From: Podarcis muralis
Lineage: Eukaryota
DNA: 64,000 nucleotides
Reading direction: 5' to 3'
Assembly: GCF_964188315.1 (NCBI RefSeq)
Contig: NC_135667.1
Coordinates: forward strand, 11,594,001-11,658,000
The notes under the pieces were generated by a model. That model saw nothing but the letters and a program-made list of their open reading frames with translations, searched no databases and was not told where the DNA came from. Numbering within the stretch: the first letter of the stretch is position 1; each line of letters starts with the position of its first letter. This document shows positions 63,146 to 64,000 of this stretch, piece after piece. Position numbers and translations under genes: made by a program.

Positions 63146-63287
63146 AGGAGCAGCAAGGGGAGGAGGGGGAGGGTGAAAGGAGTGAAGAAGAAGAAAGAAG
63201 GGAGAGCTCAGTAGAGGAAAAGGAAGAAGCAGAAGAAAGAGAACAGTAGATTCTATCGAGATTTGAGAAGCCAAAACTAGTCAACAG

Positions 63288-63727
63288 ATGACCTTAAAAA
63301 TACTAAACTGGAATGTGAATGGGTTGAACAATAAAAATAAAAGGAATCAGATTGTACATATATTATTAAAAAAGAATTGTGACCTAATTTGCCTACAAGA
63401 GACTCATGTAGCGAACAAACATAAGAGGGTATTGAAGAACAAGAAACTAGGAATGGATTTTGTAGCTTCGGATAAGGTTAAAAAAAGAGGGGTGGTTATA
63501 TATATAAAGGAAAAACTCAATCCACAGTTATTGTACAAAGACGAAGAAGGAAGATTGATAGTAGTTCAGATGGTGTTTCATGGAGAAAAAATAATAGTAG
63601 TTGGAATATATGTACCAAATGACAAAAAGTCAGCTTTCTATTTAGAGTTAGACAACATGTTGATGGAGTGGATGGATCAAAAAATAATATTGATGGGAGA
63701 CTTTAATGGGGTGGTTTCCCCAAATTT
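63288..63727 (+). CDS. L1 ORF2 N-terminus (APE endonuclease N-half), cut at the inversion point
   Basis: LKILNWNVNGL, LICLQETH, IYVPN, MGDFNG; homology ends at VVSPNL and the ORF runs on into MITE sequence. Confidence 0.9.
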
Positions 63728-64000
63728 AGAGGGATCGCTGCTTTCGCTATGCAGTAATCCCTCTTGCTGTTCTGGGTTCTGAGATTCAGAATATTTTTTT
63801 TCTTGTTTCCACCCTCCAAAAACTAGGTGCGTCTTATGGTCTGGTGCGTCTTATAGAGCGAAAAATATGGTATTGCGTGTCGAGGTCCCCAGGGCCACCC
63901 CAATAACTCACACTTCACACAGAAATTTTTGTTTAAGGTTTTTGGCATAATTTTGGCCACAACTTTATTAAAATACAAAAATGTGAGTGGTTGCTTAGGC

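Larger units (their letters stand above)
57063..63727. mobile_element. Near full-length L1-clade LINE with 5' inversion (3' part on minus, 57063-~60722; 5' part on plus, ~60722-63727)
   Basis: T17 tail; 18-bp TSD AGAGGGATCGCTGCTTTC (57045-57062 and 63728-63745); ORF1 and the endonuclease N-half on plus; endonuclease C-half, RT and CCHC on minus. Confidence 0.92.
56929..63870. mobile_element. Tc1/mariner-type MITE split by the L1 (halves 56929-57062 and 63728-63870)
   Basis: 23-bp TIRs CCATATTTTTTGCTCTATAAGAC and GTCTTATAGAGCGAAAAATATGG (1 mismatch); TA on both flanks. Confidence 0.85.

Noticed and set aside
60722-63727. Interpreting the plus-strand ORF1/endonuclease as a second, independent L1 inserted head-to-head
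   Set aside because: It has no 3' end or poly(A) of its own, the two halves are complementary at the endonuclease breakpoint, and a single TSD pair encloses both
1-64000. Prokaryotic-type systems (operons, CRISPR arrays, defence islands)
   Set aside because: The sequence is vertebrate, with spliced genes, SINEs/LINEs and microsatellites; no repeat-spacer array is present

Overview
Eukaryotic, intron-containing genomic DNA from a squamate reptile; Sauria SINEs suggest a lacertid lizard (inference). The window is part of a vomeronasal type-2 receptor (V2R, class C GPCR) cluster with five six-exon genes. Gene A (minus) has exons 1-3 and runs off the left edge. Gene B (minus, 885 aa) and gene C (minus, 879 aa) are intact. 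Gene D (plus) is an inverted near-identical copy of C with a 1-bp frameshift. Gene E (plus) has a 28-bp deletion and a lost splice donor in exon 5. Two orphan exon-6 relics are also present. Introns and intergenic DNA hold many mobile elements: Sauria SINEs, CR1, L2, L1, Tc1/mariner and hAT MITEs, a Tigger relic and LTRs. Three structures stand out. (1) An essentially full-length L1 with a 3-kb 5' inversion of the twin-priming type, an 18-bp TSD, and a location inside a MITE hairpin. (2) Two Penelope-like palindromic insertions flanking gene E that together carry three minimal type I hammerhead ribozyme motifs. (3) A ~10-11 kb head-to-head inverted duplication (C/D) with template-switch junctions sharing GAACT(T) microhomology and an L1 inserted into its short spacer. 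All alignments were made by eye and no databases were searched.
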